A stretch of 64,000 bases of DNA, taken from the sequence record NC_041884.1; one strand, written 5' to 3'. Below, piece by piece: positions 37,999 to 47,672 of this stretch (positions are counted from its first letter, which is position 1; the number at the start of each line of letters is the position of its first letter). A program made the position numbers and the translations under genes. The notes beneath the pieces are model-generated. The model saw only the letters and a list, made by a program, of their open reading frames with translations, ran no database searches and was not told the DNA's origin.

Positions 37999-40900
37999 AT
38001 GGATACACCAGTACAGTTAGATACTTTATATTTTACTGCTGCTGAAGAAAAAGAGATGTTTGTTATTAACGATATTGAGGTGGGTGTAAGCCCATCCGAT
38101 ATCATGATGTTTGATAACAACTATGTACATGAGCAGACATTTGTTAGATCAAACTCTGTCTTTTGTTACAGATCAAAATACTCTGAAACTAAAGTAACAC
38201 TAAACTTTCCCTTTCAAATAACCCCTCAAAATTTAGTAGCCTCTGGTGAAGACTTAGAAAATAATACGTATAACTGTATTAGATTAATAACTGAGTTAAA
38301 CAGCTATCCTTTCTGTTTTATTAAAAGTCCTCGATTAAAAACTTACGTATCTCCTGCTATGACATCTACAACAGACTACCTAATGTTTGCTGTAGAGGAA
38401 CTTGCTGTTGTTCAGTCAGCGGCAGCTTCTAACTTATTATTGCTTGAAGTTACTTTAGTGTATTTTAACCATGCGCCATTAGCAGCAGATTTTCAATTTG
38501 TTTCTAATAAAGTCGTAACTAAGTCAGGTACATTTAGTACAACAGAAGGTACTGTTAAGACAGAGAGAGACTACATATCTTTTGAAACTCCTAAAGTTGT
38601 TTCTAATTTAGTATCTTCTGATATTTGGGCTCAGTATATTAATCCTAAAGTAGATAAAGTTACTGAGAAATTAGAGAATAATGGTTTATATGAAAAGATG
38701 ATGAACTCTAAAACCACACATGCTGGTTTAGATGTTAATGTCTTCATTCCAATGATTTCTACAGGTATTGAACATGCTGCTAAGTATATGGCAGATGATG
38801 ATGGGAAGTTATTAGCTCCAGACGCTAAAGTAGTTGTAACTACTGATATGGCTCCAATGGAAGATCTAGATCTTCCTAGAAGTATTCGAGAAACCTTAGA
38901 TCAAAACTTTGACGAGTCTAGATTTGAAACTGATTCAATCAAAGGCATGGTAGGTAGAAAGAAAGTAAAAGATAGTAAAGACACTGATAGTACAGATATC
39001 TCTTCTACTAATGAAGTTTCTAATAAAGAAGAAGCTGTTAATAATGTAGGTAAGGATGGAAGCACTCCAAGAGGATACAAACAAGTTTATGTTCAATACA
39101 GTAAAGCTTCTTTTGCTCAACTTGGTTTAGCAGTACAAAAGATAGAAGTACGAAGAAAGAACATATTAGCTATACAAAAAATTGGTGCTTATAAACATCC
39201 TATCGTTCAATTTATGGGTAAGAGAGCTGCACAGACTACCATACAATTCTTAAATAACTCTGATGGAGTTTATAGCGAGTATGATGAAGATAGTGGTATA
39301 GCTTCTTTTCTTACTAATGCTTTTCAGATTCTAGATGAAAATAGAAGACTATATCCTGAAGCAGAGGCTTATAATACATTAAAGATTCATTCATTAGCTT
39401 CTTTTCTCTTAAACTCAGAATCATCAATTCCTAATATTAATAACTTAGTAGCATCAGCAGATAGAAATGGTATTGAAACAATGATCTATCACTTTGCTGA
39501 AACTAATGTAGAAGGATTATTTGATAGTAATAGATTAGAGGCTTCTGGAGCTAAATCTATTTCTAAAGCAAGATCAGAAGTATATGGAATAATTCTCACA
39601 TGGTTAAAAGAATTTAATAGATTACTTTCTAAAAGTAATAAAGAAGGCATTTATCATTTTGCTAATATGAATCAAGACCAAGAAGTTGTCGCTACCTCTT
39701 TAGATATATATGAAGATATTGTAAGAGTTACATTAGCAGGAATGAGAGATTTAGGATTAGATAAGCTCAAAGGAGATGCTGCTGTAATCAAAACAGTAAC
39801 AGATCAATTATCTGATGGAGAGATTTCTCTAGGGAGTGCTAATAAGTTTAGGAAATATTCTTTTGTTTCGTCTAAATCTAGAGTGTTAAGTTCTGGCTTA
39901 AACTTATATGTAGATGCTTCTGAGTCACCTGTAGACTACTTTGATCCTTCTTATTCAGTTAGAGAGATGAGCATTAGTAATTATCATAACTGGTTCTCTG
40001 GTTATGCTATTCAAATCCTTCAAGCTAAGTTAGATCAAATGGATGGGAAACCTATTAATTTAACAAATATTCAAATCAGTGATACACCATCTTCACAATT
40101 TGAAACCTTAGCTACAACTATTATCAATAAATTAGGAAGAACACCTGAAACTATTCCTTTTGGAAATTCTTTCTCAGATAGTCAAAAATTCTTTATTAAG
40201 AATATGATTGACACTTACATAGGTTCTATGTATGGACAGAATCTAAGCGATTTAAAGTTAGAAGACATAGAAGAAGACTATGATGTAACTAAAGATGTTG
40301 TTATTCAAAGTACAGACCCTTTCTTTTTCTTATATACTGAACCTCTTATTGCTGATGAAATGAAAGCATTCTTTAATGATAGTTATAATGAAGAACAATT
40401 AAATAATAAAGCTTTAGAAATAAACGAAGATGCCGAGACAGTAAAACAGATGTCTTCTATAGAAGTTATGCTTGGTGCTAACTACAGAAAGCTTGAAGAG
40501 GTTGATTTTAATGAGAGTGATTGGGCAAGTAATCCAGCTGAAACAGGCGTTGTAACTGTATGGGGAGGAAGTGTAAATCTTAAGCCTTCGAAGAATGTAT
40601 CTGAAGCTATTGAGTATGCTTTATCTGTTTATGGAATGTCTGGAGATGAAGAACTAAGACAGTATATGTATAAAACTGCTTATATTGAGTCTAGACTCGG
40701 TACTAATATGGGATCAGGTCAAACTTATAGAGGTTTGTATCAATTCAGCAGAGGTGCTTTAGATAGTGTTCTAAGAGCAAATAATAAAGCGTACGCTTCA
40801 AAAGGGTATAAAAATTTAAGACCAGCAGATGCTGCAAAAATTGCAGATAAGATATGGAGTGATTCAAGTTTTATTAGAGACTTTAAATCAAGTGCTGTCG

Positions 40901-43900
40901 CATTTTTAGATAGTATGTTTTTAGTTCATGGTGGAAAAAAGACTAATCCTAGAACTGGTAAATTTGACATGCCTTATACGTATGCTGGACATCAACAAGG
41001 TGGTGGAGGTCAAATTAATGTAGGGATTTATCTAAAAACTGGAGTTAGTCCTGCTGTAGGAAAGTCAGCTGAAAATTTAAGACAGAATTCATCATCTACA
41101 TGGGCTAACTGGTACGCAGTTCATTCTAAAAAATATAATGAGTTGGCTCCATATGCAGGAGCTCCAGGAGTAGATCAAGCTAAGAAAGATGCTAAAAAAC
41201 AAGATGCACTAACTAAGCAAACTGTTAGTCAGCCTTCACCTTCCTTTACATCTGCAAGTGCTAGAAATGGTACTTTAAAAACAGGTCAAACAGTAGTCGG
41301 ATATGTTGTAAGAGAAGTAGATGGTGATACATTAGATGTTCAGTATACTGTTGATGGTAAGTCTATTATTCAACGTATTCGTGTTGCTGGGTTAGATACT
41401 CCAGAGACAGATAAGAATAACTCTAAATATAATCCTAAGACTGAGAAGTATGGTCAACAAGCTAAAGCAGAACTTGCAAAACTTAGAGGAAAACAAGTAA
41501 GTATTTCTGTACTAGGGGTTGAGAATGATAATTCTGAATATTCTGTAACACCTAGTACAAAAGTTCGTCTAGTCGCTAGTGTAACTACTGTCGATAAGAC
41601 TAATGTAGGATTAGATATGATTAAGAAAGGATTAGCTAATGTTAATACTATCTTCTCTACTAACCAACAATATACTGCTGCTCTTGAAGCAGCTCAACGT
41701 AGTAAGAAAGGTATGTGGGCTGAATTACCTGCAAATAAAACAGGAGCTCCAACTCAACAACCAATCAGAAAACCAGTAACTCCAGAGTTTACAGGAGAGA
41801 CAGGGAATAATTTTCAACCATTTGCTAATGGTCAGAAGTTTCCTATTAGTTCTCCATTTACTTATGGTAAGCCTAGACAAGATATTAAACGTTCTTCACC
41901 TCACAATGGATTAGATTTAGCAGCTACTAAAGGTACGACTGTAATTGCAGCAGCTTCTGGTACAGCAACATTTAGAGTAGCGAGTGGTTATGGATATTTA
42001 GTTGAGATTGATCATCATAATGGTTTTAAAACTAGATATGCTCATTTATCTAAATCCTTTATTGGTAAAAAACCACAAAAAGTAAATGCTCACCAACCTA
42101 TTGGATTATCTGGTGGTGTTAAGGGAGATATAGGTGCAGGAAGTTCTACAAATGCTCATCTACACTATGAAGTTCATTATAAAGGACGACCAATACATCC
42201 TTTCACTACTAAACAAACATTAGATAAATATGCTGAAGGTTCTTTAGTAGAAGGAGAATTCTCAACATATCCTCAAACAGTAGAAAATAGTGGAATATAT
42301 ACCCCTCCATCTTACAATCCTCGAACAGGTATTACTCCTGAAAATACCGTATACAATGAACAGTACCTAGCAGAAGCTATTATTGATAATGCTAAGAAGT
42401 ACATTAATACAGGTATGAAAGTAGCTCTTCCAGCTATTAAAGTGTATATTGTAATAGGTAATGAGAATGACGGGTTAGGATTAAGTTCTTCGCTGACTGG
42501 TGTTCAATACTACGAACTAAATGGTGTTCAAGCTTTTAAGATGGTTTGCAATAATGATAATAATCCTATTGATGTTGCTATCATGCAAGTTATTAATCCA
42601 TCATTTATGCATACAGATGCTTGGACTAATCAAGCTCCTCCAGGTGTAGATTTAACTAAAGTAGGTACAGATTTAGAAACACAGCTATTGAAGAGTAGAA
42701 TGTTATTAAAAGTTGGTACTAAGCTTCAAGTCAGACTAGGTTATGGTAATGACCCTAATGAATTAGATATTGTATTTAATGGAGGTATTGTTGAAGTTGG
42801 TAACAATGAAAATAATCAAATCATGACTTTAGTTTTAGAAAGTTATGGTAGGGAGTTATTACAAGAGATTGTTAATCCAACTGCACCTGAAGAATCTCCA
42901 CAAGTTTCTACAACCAGTATTATTGGTAAAGCATTACAGTCTAGATCAATAGATCACTTTGGTGCTACTAACAATTTAATTAAATGGTTCTTTAAAGAAG
43001 GCGGAGAAGATCCTGAACAAAGATCTTTAGTGCCAGCAATAGATATTACAGGAAGAGCAGGATTCTTTAACTTGTTTTCAGCTTCTACGTATAGTTCTAG
43101 ACTTTACATGAATATCTTTGCACCAGAGATTGAAAATGTTGATAACACCTATAGTAGTTTATTAAGTTCTTTAATTGATGGTCTAGGTTGGTCTAATAAA
43201 CAAATGTTCCCTACATTCTTTATCTATCAAGCAACTGCTTGGGATATATGTAAACAAATGGAATACAGACACCCTGGCACAATATTTAAACCTATGATAT
43301 TTGAAGATAGAGTAACACCTTTCTATGGTATCAAAGAGCAGATGTATTTTGCTAGAGATTTATCTACTTATACACAGATGCAAGTAAAGGCTAAACTAGA
43401 AGATGAGGTTAGAGACAAACAAGTGCGAGATTACTACTCTAGACGTAGAGAACGTATGAAGCCTGTTAGTAATATTCATATGATTTCCTCTTCTACTAAT
43501 TTAATGTCTAATGGTATTAAATTAAATTCACAATGGAAAACTTCTGTAAACGTTTCTTGGTTTGAAGACAGTGATGACTTTAATGAATATTGGGAATGGC
43601 AAACTCAGAAGATGGATGTTGATGACAACTTACTTCCTTGGGAGATCAGAGAAAAAGAATTAAGAATGAGTGGTATTCATGGTAAATACTCTTCTTTCAT
43701 GTATGGCACAGAGGCTTTGAAAAAAGAAGCTGAAACTATGTACGGAGGAAGTATATTGATAACAGGTAATCCATCTGTTAAAGCAGGAGACTATATTTTT
43801 ATAGATGATACTGAAAACAGAATGTCTGGATTATGTTTAGTTAGAGACTGTATTCACCACTTTGATCCTCAGTTTGGCTTTGTCACTGAGATTACTCCAG

Positions 43901-44988
43901 GATTGTATGTAGAGCCTGCTGCTTTCATGTATAGTGCATTATGGATTAAACTTATGTGTACATTTAAGGTAGGTAGTAGTAAAATAAGACTTAATACATC
44001 ATCTGGCTATTCGTCTCAATATAATCTAATTAAGGACTATTTAGATTTGATGCAACAGTTAGTAGCAGCTGGAGATAATCCTTCCCTGTCTAACTACGAT
44101 ATAGAAGACTCTAGATTACTTATGTTAACGTACTCAACAGCTATTACTCTTTCAGCTTATATGGGTTGGAGTTTGTCTAGATTTTTAGGGCAAGGAGCTA
44201 CACCTATATTTAATAAGAAAGGTCTAGTTAGATTTAGTGCTGCCACGATGAGAGGATTGTTTCATACAGGAACTAATAGAGTCTTCAATTCAGCCTTAGC
44301 TAAAGTAAAGAAAATAGATAGAGTTGCTAAAACACTATCTTATGCTAATGGAAAGTATACAACTACCAAATCTACTGTAATTGCTTCAAAAGCCTTTCAA
44401 AGATTTGCAACATCTAAACCAGTAACCGCTTTAAATGGAATTAGAAACAGATGGTACTATAGATGGACTGCTGGCCTCACTAAAGGAACTGCTAGTCTAC
44501 TATTTAAAGGTGTTACTAGAGCTTCTATGGCAACCATACATGGTTTTGCTGCTAGTAATCCAGTGACACTGATACTTGATGTTGCTTTAACCTTAATTGC
44601 TTCTTGGGCTTTTGCTAAAATAGAAGAAAATAAATTGACAAGACAACCTTTACTATTCTTCCCTTTAATAGCTCATGGAAAACCATACGTTGCTGGTATG
44701 ATGGGTGCAGTTAGAAATAGTTGGCTTGATAGTAAAAAACTTGAAATTGGAAAAACATGGAATCAAGTTTCTAAAGCTGCTGCTGCAATAGATGCTAATA
44801 ACGGTGTGAAAGGTGAAAATACAAATCCTGTTGTTAAGTTAATAGCTAAGCAGTCACACGCTACAGCTGAAGTAAAGAATGTTAGTATGGTTAAGAAGCC
44901 AGTAACTCAAACAGTAACTATTGACCAAGTACAGAAACAATTTGATCCAGATGAAGGAACAGTTAAAAGTCCATTCAGACCTAAATAA
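37999..44988 (+). CDS. multidomain baseplate hub or tail lysin (tube-like, lysozyme/SLT-like, SNase thermonuclease, M23 peptidase and hub domains)
   Basis: IES...GLYQF...HQQG (about 40600-41060); DGDT...RVAGLDTPE...EKYG (about 41290-41725); HNGLD...HLS...HLHYEV (about 41830-42205); hub-like KVGTKLQVRLGY...VFNGGI and GNPSVKAGD motifs. Confidence 0.85.
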   Translation: MDTPVQLDTLYFTAAEEKEMFVINDIEVGVSPSDIMMFDNNYVHEQTFVRSNSVFCYRSKYSETKVTLNFPFQITPQNLVASGEDLENNTYNCIRLITELNSYPFCFIKSPRLKTYVSPAMTSTTDYLMFAVEELAVVQSAAASNLLLLEVTLVYFNHAPLAADFQFVSNKVVTKSGTFSTTEGTVKTERDYISFETPKVVSNLVSSDIWAQYINPKVDKVTEKLENNGLYEKMMNSKTTHAGLDVNVFIPMISTGIEHAAKYMADDDGKLLAPDAKVVVTTDMAPMEDLDLPRSIRETLDQNFDESRFETDSIKGMVGRKKVKDSKDTDSTDISSTNEVSNKEEAVNNVGKDGSTPRGYKQVYVQYSKASFAQLGLAVQKIEVRRKNILAIQKIGAYKHPIVQFMGKRAAQTTIQFLNNSDGVYSEYDEDSGIASFLTNAFQILDENRRLYPEAEAYNTLKIHSLASFLLNSESSIPNINNLVASADRNGIETMIYHFAETNVEGLFDSNRLEASGAKSISKARSEVYGIILTWLKEFNRLLSKSNKEGIYHFANMNQDQEVVATSLDIYEDIVRVTLAGMRDLGLDKLKGDAAVIKTVTDQLSDGEISLGSANKFRKYSFVSSKSRVLSSGLNLYVDASESPVDYFDPSYSVREMSISNYHNWFSGYAIQILQAKLDQMDGKPINLTNIQISDTPSSQFETLATTIINKLGRTPETIPFGNSFSDSQKFFIKNMIDTYIGSMYGQNLSDLKLEDIEEDYDVTKDVVIQSTDPFFFLYTEPLIADEMKAFFNDSYNEEQLNNKALEINEDAETVKQMSSIEVMLGANYRKLEEVDFNESDWASNPAETGVVTVWGGSVNLKPSKNVSEAIEYALSVYGMSGDEELRQYMYKTAYIESRLGTNMGSGQTYRGLYQFSRGALDSVLRANNKAYASKGYKNLRPADAAKIADKIWSDSSFIRDFKSSAVAFLDSMFLVHGGKKTNPRTGKFDMPYTYAGHQQGGGGQINVGIYLKTGVSPAVGKSAENLRQNSSSTWANWYAVHSKKYNELAPYAGAPGVDQAKKDAKKQDALTKQTVSQPSPSFTSASARNGTLKTGQTVVGYVVREVDGDTLDVQYTVDGKSIIQRIRVAGLDTPETDKNNSKYNPKTEKYGQQAKAELAKLRGKQVSISVLGVENDNSEYSVTPSTKVRLVASVTTVDKTNVGLDMIKKGLANVNTIFSTNQQYTAALEAAQRSKKGMWAELPANKTGAPTQQPIRKPVTPEFTGETGNNFQPFANGQKFPISSPFTYGKPRQDIKRSSPHNGLDLAATKGTTVIAAASGTATFRVASGYGYLVEIDHHNGFKTRYAHLSKSFIGKKPQKVNAHQPIGLSGGVKGDIGAGSSTNAHLHYEVHYKGRPIHPFTTKQTLDKYAEGSLVEGEFSTYPQTVENSGIYTPPSYNPRTGITPENTVYNEQYLAEAIIDNAKKYINTGMKVALPAIKVYIVIGNENDGLGLSSSLTGVQYYELNGVQAFKMVCNNDNNPIDVAIMQVINPSFMHTDAWTNQAPPGVDLTKVGTDLETQLLKSRMLLKVGTKLQVRLGYGNDPNELDIVFNGGIVEVGNNENNQIMTLVLESYGRELLQEIVNPTAPEESPQVSTTSIIGKALQSRSIDHFGATNNLIKWFFKEGGEDPEQRSLVPAIDITGRAGFFNLFSASTYSSRLYMNIFAPEIENVDNTYSSLLSSLIDGLGWSNKQMFPTFFIYQATAWDICKQMEYRHPGTIFKPMIFEDRVTPFYGIKEQMYFARDLSTYTQMQVKAKLEDEVRDKQVRDYYSRRRERMKPVSNIHMISSSTNLMSNGIKLNSQWKTSVNVSWFEDSDDFNEYWEWQTQKMDVDDNLLPWEIREKELRMSGIHGKYSSFMYGTEALKKEAETMYGGSILITGNPSVKAGDYIFIDDTENRMSGLCLVRDCIHHFDPQFGFVTEITPGLYVEPAAFMYSALWIKLMCTFKVGSSKIRLNTSSGYSSQYNLIKDYLDLMQQLVAAGDNPSLSNYDIEDSRLLMLTYSTAITLSAYMGWSLSRFLGQGATPIFNKKGLVRFSAATMRGLFHTGTNRVFNSALAKVKKIDRVAKTLSYANGKYTTTKSTVIASKAFQRFATSKPVTALNGIRNRWYYRWTAGLTKGTASLLFKGVTRASMATIHGFAASNPVTLILDVALTLIASWAFAKIEENKLTRQPLLFFPLIAHGKPYVAGMMGAVRNSWLDSKKLEIGKTWNQVSKAAAAIDANNGVKGENTNPVVKLIAKQSHATAEVKNVSMVKKPVTQTVTIDQVQKQFDPDEGTVKSPFRPK

Positions 44989-44996
44989 GGAATAAT

Positions 44997-45782
44997 ATGA
45001 CAGTAAAAAGAAGTTTTAAAAAGGTGGCAGACAAAATTGGAAGCCACCAAACTTCTGGTATGGAATACAATGATTCCTTTAAGAACTTAGTTAGTAATGA
45101 CTATACTAAAAACCTTAAAGGAATCATTAAAACTATCTTTATCAGAAATAATACAGTATTTGTTATTGCAGAAAGGGATCATTCTGATCTAGTATCTAAA
45201 AATCCTGAAAGTCAGTACACAGTAGGATCTTTACATGGAGAACATTCATTATTTAATGCTTTTGCTTATGAAGATGCTGATGGATTAACATTAGCAGAAC
45301 TAGCTATTCCTACAGATATTGATCCAGCTAACAATGTGTTGGACAGATATATTGGAGCTCCTGTTATTGTACAGGAGCAAGATGGAATAGCTATATTTGC
45401 TTCTTTATCTAAAGGAGCTTCAGCTCTTACAACTATCCACCCTTCTGTTATAAGAAAGGTTAGAGAAGCAATGATGAAGAACTATAACGGAGAAGATACT
45501 AAACCTACCTCGATTTTTGATAGTGTATTTAATCCTCTATGGGCTTCTCTAGGTGTCCTTCAAGAGGAATTAGATGAGCTTAAAAAGCTTCAATTTAATT
45601 CAGATGAGCATTCAGGTAAAATACTTACAGTTGAAGGTGAAGGTGTTTGGAATAAGGATGTTTCAGGTGCTAAAGATAACGAAGTTATTATCCCTCTTAA
45701 CAATATAATTCAAGATTTAAATCAATCAGGCATGAAAGATAATTTATGTCATTTACCAACTAGAATATTTTCAGCGAAGTAA
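44997..45782 (+). CDS. hypothetical baseplate protein (possibly spike N-terminal OB-fold-like)
   Basis: Position between the hub and the gp25-like gene; fold call is weak. Confidence 0.5.
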   Translation: MTVKRSFKKVADKIGSHQTSGMEYNDSFKNLVSNDYTKNLKGIIKTIFIRNNTVFVIAERDHSDLVSKNPESQYTVGSLHGEHSLFNAFAYEDADGLTLAELAIPTDIDPANNVLDRYIGAPVIVQEQDGIAIFASLSKGASALTTIHPSVIRKVREAMMKNYNGEDTKPTSIFDSVFNPLWASLGVLQEELDELKKLQFNSDEHSGKILTVEGEGVWNKDVSGAKDNEVIIPLNNIIQDLNQSGMKDNLCHLPTRIFSAK

Positions 45783-45786
45783 TATT

Positions 45787-46101
45787 ATGATAATTAAAGA
45801 CACTGCTGGTTCTTCATCTTTTGTTCAAGTGACTGAAGGATCTTCTCAAATAGCATCGGGACCTGTATCAGTATCAGTAACAAATGATAGTGGTGTATTT
45901 ATTAATGGTCCTGTATCAATATCTTCATCAATAGACAGAATTAAAGTTGGTGGAGGTATCTTCAGATTTAACAGTATGCTTTCTACTGGCATTGCTTCAA
46001 CTATGGTTACACCAATGCCAGTTCTAAAAGTAGATTTACCAGTTTCTAATATCTCAACTATGGTTGCTATTGCAGCTATAGCAAAATCAATAGGAATTTA
46101 A
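45787..46101 (+). CDS. small beta-strand-rich protein (possible spike beta-helix part)
   Basis: Short alternating strands SSFVQVTEGSSQIASGPVSVSVTNDSGVFINGPVSIS. Confidence 0.5.
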   Translation: MIIKDTAGSSSFVQVTEGSSQIASGPVSVSVTNDSGVFINGPVSISSSIDRIKVGGGIFRFNSMLSTGIASTMVTPMPVLKVDLPVSNISTMVAIAAIAKSIGI

Positions 46102-46102
46102 A

Positions 46103-46495
46103 ATGGCTACATATACAAAAGACTTATTTGTTGATGGAGTTTATGGAGATTTTATCTTGAACGGAGATGTTAGGACTATTCAAGATTTATCTCTTATAAA
46201 ACATATAGCTAGTGAAAGAATTAAAACTAACTTTAATGACTTCAGATTGCTACCTAATATAGGTGCAGACATTGATAGGTTTATTGGTTTACCAATAGAT
46301 TCTAAGATGATAGCAGATATTAAATTAAGTATTATCGTTGCACTTACTTATGATAACTTTTTAGTTAAAAATGAAATTGAAGTGTTGCATTACAGGTTAG
46401 ACGAATACTCAATCTATTTTAGAACAGTACTAACAATCCAAAACAAAGAACTTATAATTGAAAATACATTTAAGAGTGAATTAGTACATGATTAA
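46103..46495 (+). CDS. baseplate wedge protein, gp25/GPW-like
   Basis: 130 aa; RIKT..NDFRLLPNIGADIDRFIG pattern; synteny. Confidence 0.75.
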   Translation: MATYTKDLFVDGVYGDFILNGDVRTIQDLSLIKHIASERIKTNFNDFRLLPNIGADIDRFIGLPIDSKMIADIKLSIIVALTYDNFLVKNEIEVLHYRLDEYSIYFRTVLTIQNKELIIENTFKSELVHD

Positions 46496-47672
46496 TAAAG
46501 AATTAGAATTAACAGTCAATAATCAAAACATTTTAGATAAACTCGCTAGAAATTTAAATATTGGGATTGTTACAGATAACAGTAATATTAAGAAGATTGC
46601 TGATGCATTTGATGCAGAGTTAAGAAACTACAGTGATGCAGTAGAAAACTCTATTGCTAATGGATTCTTATCTACAATGGATGATGATTTATTTGAGTTG
46701 TTTGCTTCTGACTTTGGATTATATAGAAAAAGATATAATAGAATTAGATTAAGACCTATAGAACAAGTAGCAGTATTAACTGTAGAACAATCAATGATAT
46801 TCACTCAAAACTATACAAATTTTACACCATTTAGAAAAGGTGATGTGGTTTATAGTAATGATACTTTCTCTGTTGTAGCTTTATCTGATATCTATTTTTC
46901 TTCTACAATCGATAACGTATATCCTCATTTAGAGATTATACTTAAAGATACAACTTCTACATTTGTTATTAATGAAGGCACTGAGTTCAATGTAAGTACA
47001 CGTCAAGCTAATCTTAAAAGTAATGTACCTACTTATACTTTAAAATTTGAACAAATAGTCGGTATGTCTTTAGTAGAAGAAAATATTAATGACTTTAAGT
47101 TAAGAGTATATGAAGCTACTTATTTATCAGCTAACAATGCAAATAGTTTAGTGAATGCTGTCACTAAAGAAGTCCCTTATTTAGTTAGTATTGAGGTAGA
47201 TGATATATCTGAAGGAAGAGCTTTAAAAGTTATTTATCCTTATACTCAAAATCTAATTGATTTCGGAGTTGATACTTCTATTCAAAGCATTGTTATTCCT
47301 ATGATTGAGTCATCTATTAACCAAAAGGGCTTATATAAGAATATGGTCTCTGTAAAGGAAGCTGTCCCATTACGAATAGATGTAGAGATTAATACAGGAA
47401 CTCTTCAGATAGCTGACACTGTTCTTTATCAAACTACTCAAACTTTTAATAAAGCTTTTTATACTCAAAAGACAGTGAGTATTAATGAAATAAAAGAATT
47501 CATTATTCAAAATTTAAGTGGTTACAACTTAAACACTAATTCTATTAATATCTATTTTTCTTCTAGTTTATTCTCTGAAGATAAGATCTTAATCACTCCA
47601 ACTGAAAGTCTTGAAATACCTATTGGAAGATTCTTAAATATAAATACAATAACAGGAGTATCTAATGGATAA
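46488..47672 (+). CDS. baseplate wedge protein, J/gp6-like
   Basis: Follows gp25-like; LSTMDDDLFELFASDFGLYR and EENINDFKLRV motifs. Confidence 0.65.
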   Translation: MINKELELTVNNQNILDKLARNLNIGIVTDNSNIKKIADAFDAELRNYSDAVENSIANGFLSTMDDDLFELFASDFGLYRKRYNRIRLRPIEQVAVLTVEQSMIFTQNYTNFTPFRKGDVVYSNDTFSVVALSDIYFSSTIDNVYPHLEIILKDTTSTFVINEGTEFNVSTRQANLKSNVPTYTLKFEQIVGMSLVEENINDFKLRVYEATYLSANNANSLVNAVTKEVPYLVSIEVDDISEGRALKVIYPYTQNLIDFGVDTSIQSIVIPMIESSINQKGLYKNMVSVKEAVPLRIDVEINTGTLQIADTVLYQTTQTFNKAFYTQKTVSINEIKEFIIQNLSGYNLNTNSINIYFSSSLFSEDKILITPTESLEIPIGRFLNINTITGVSNG

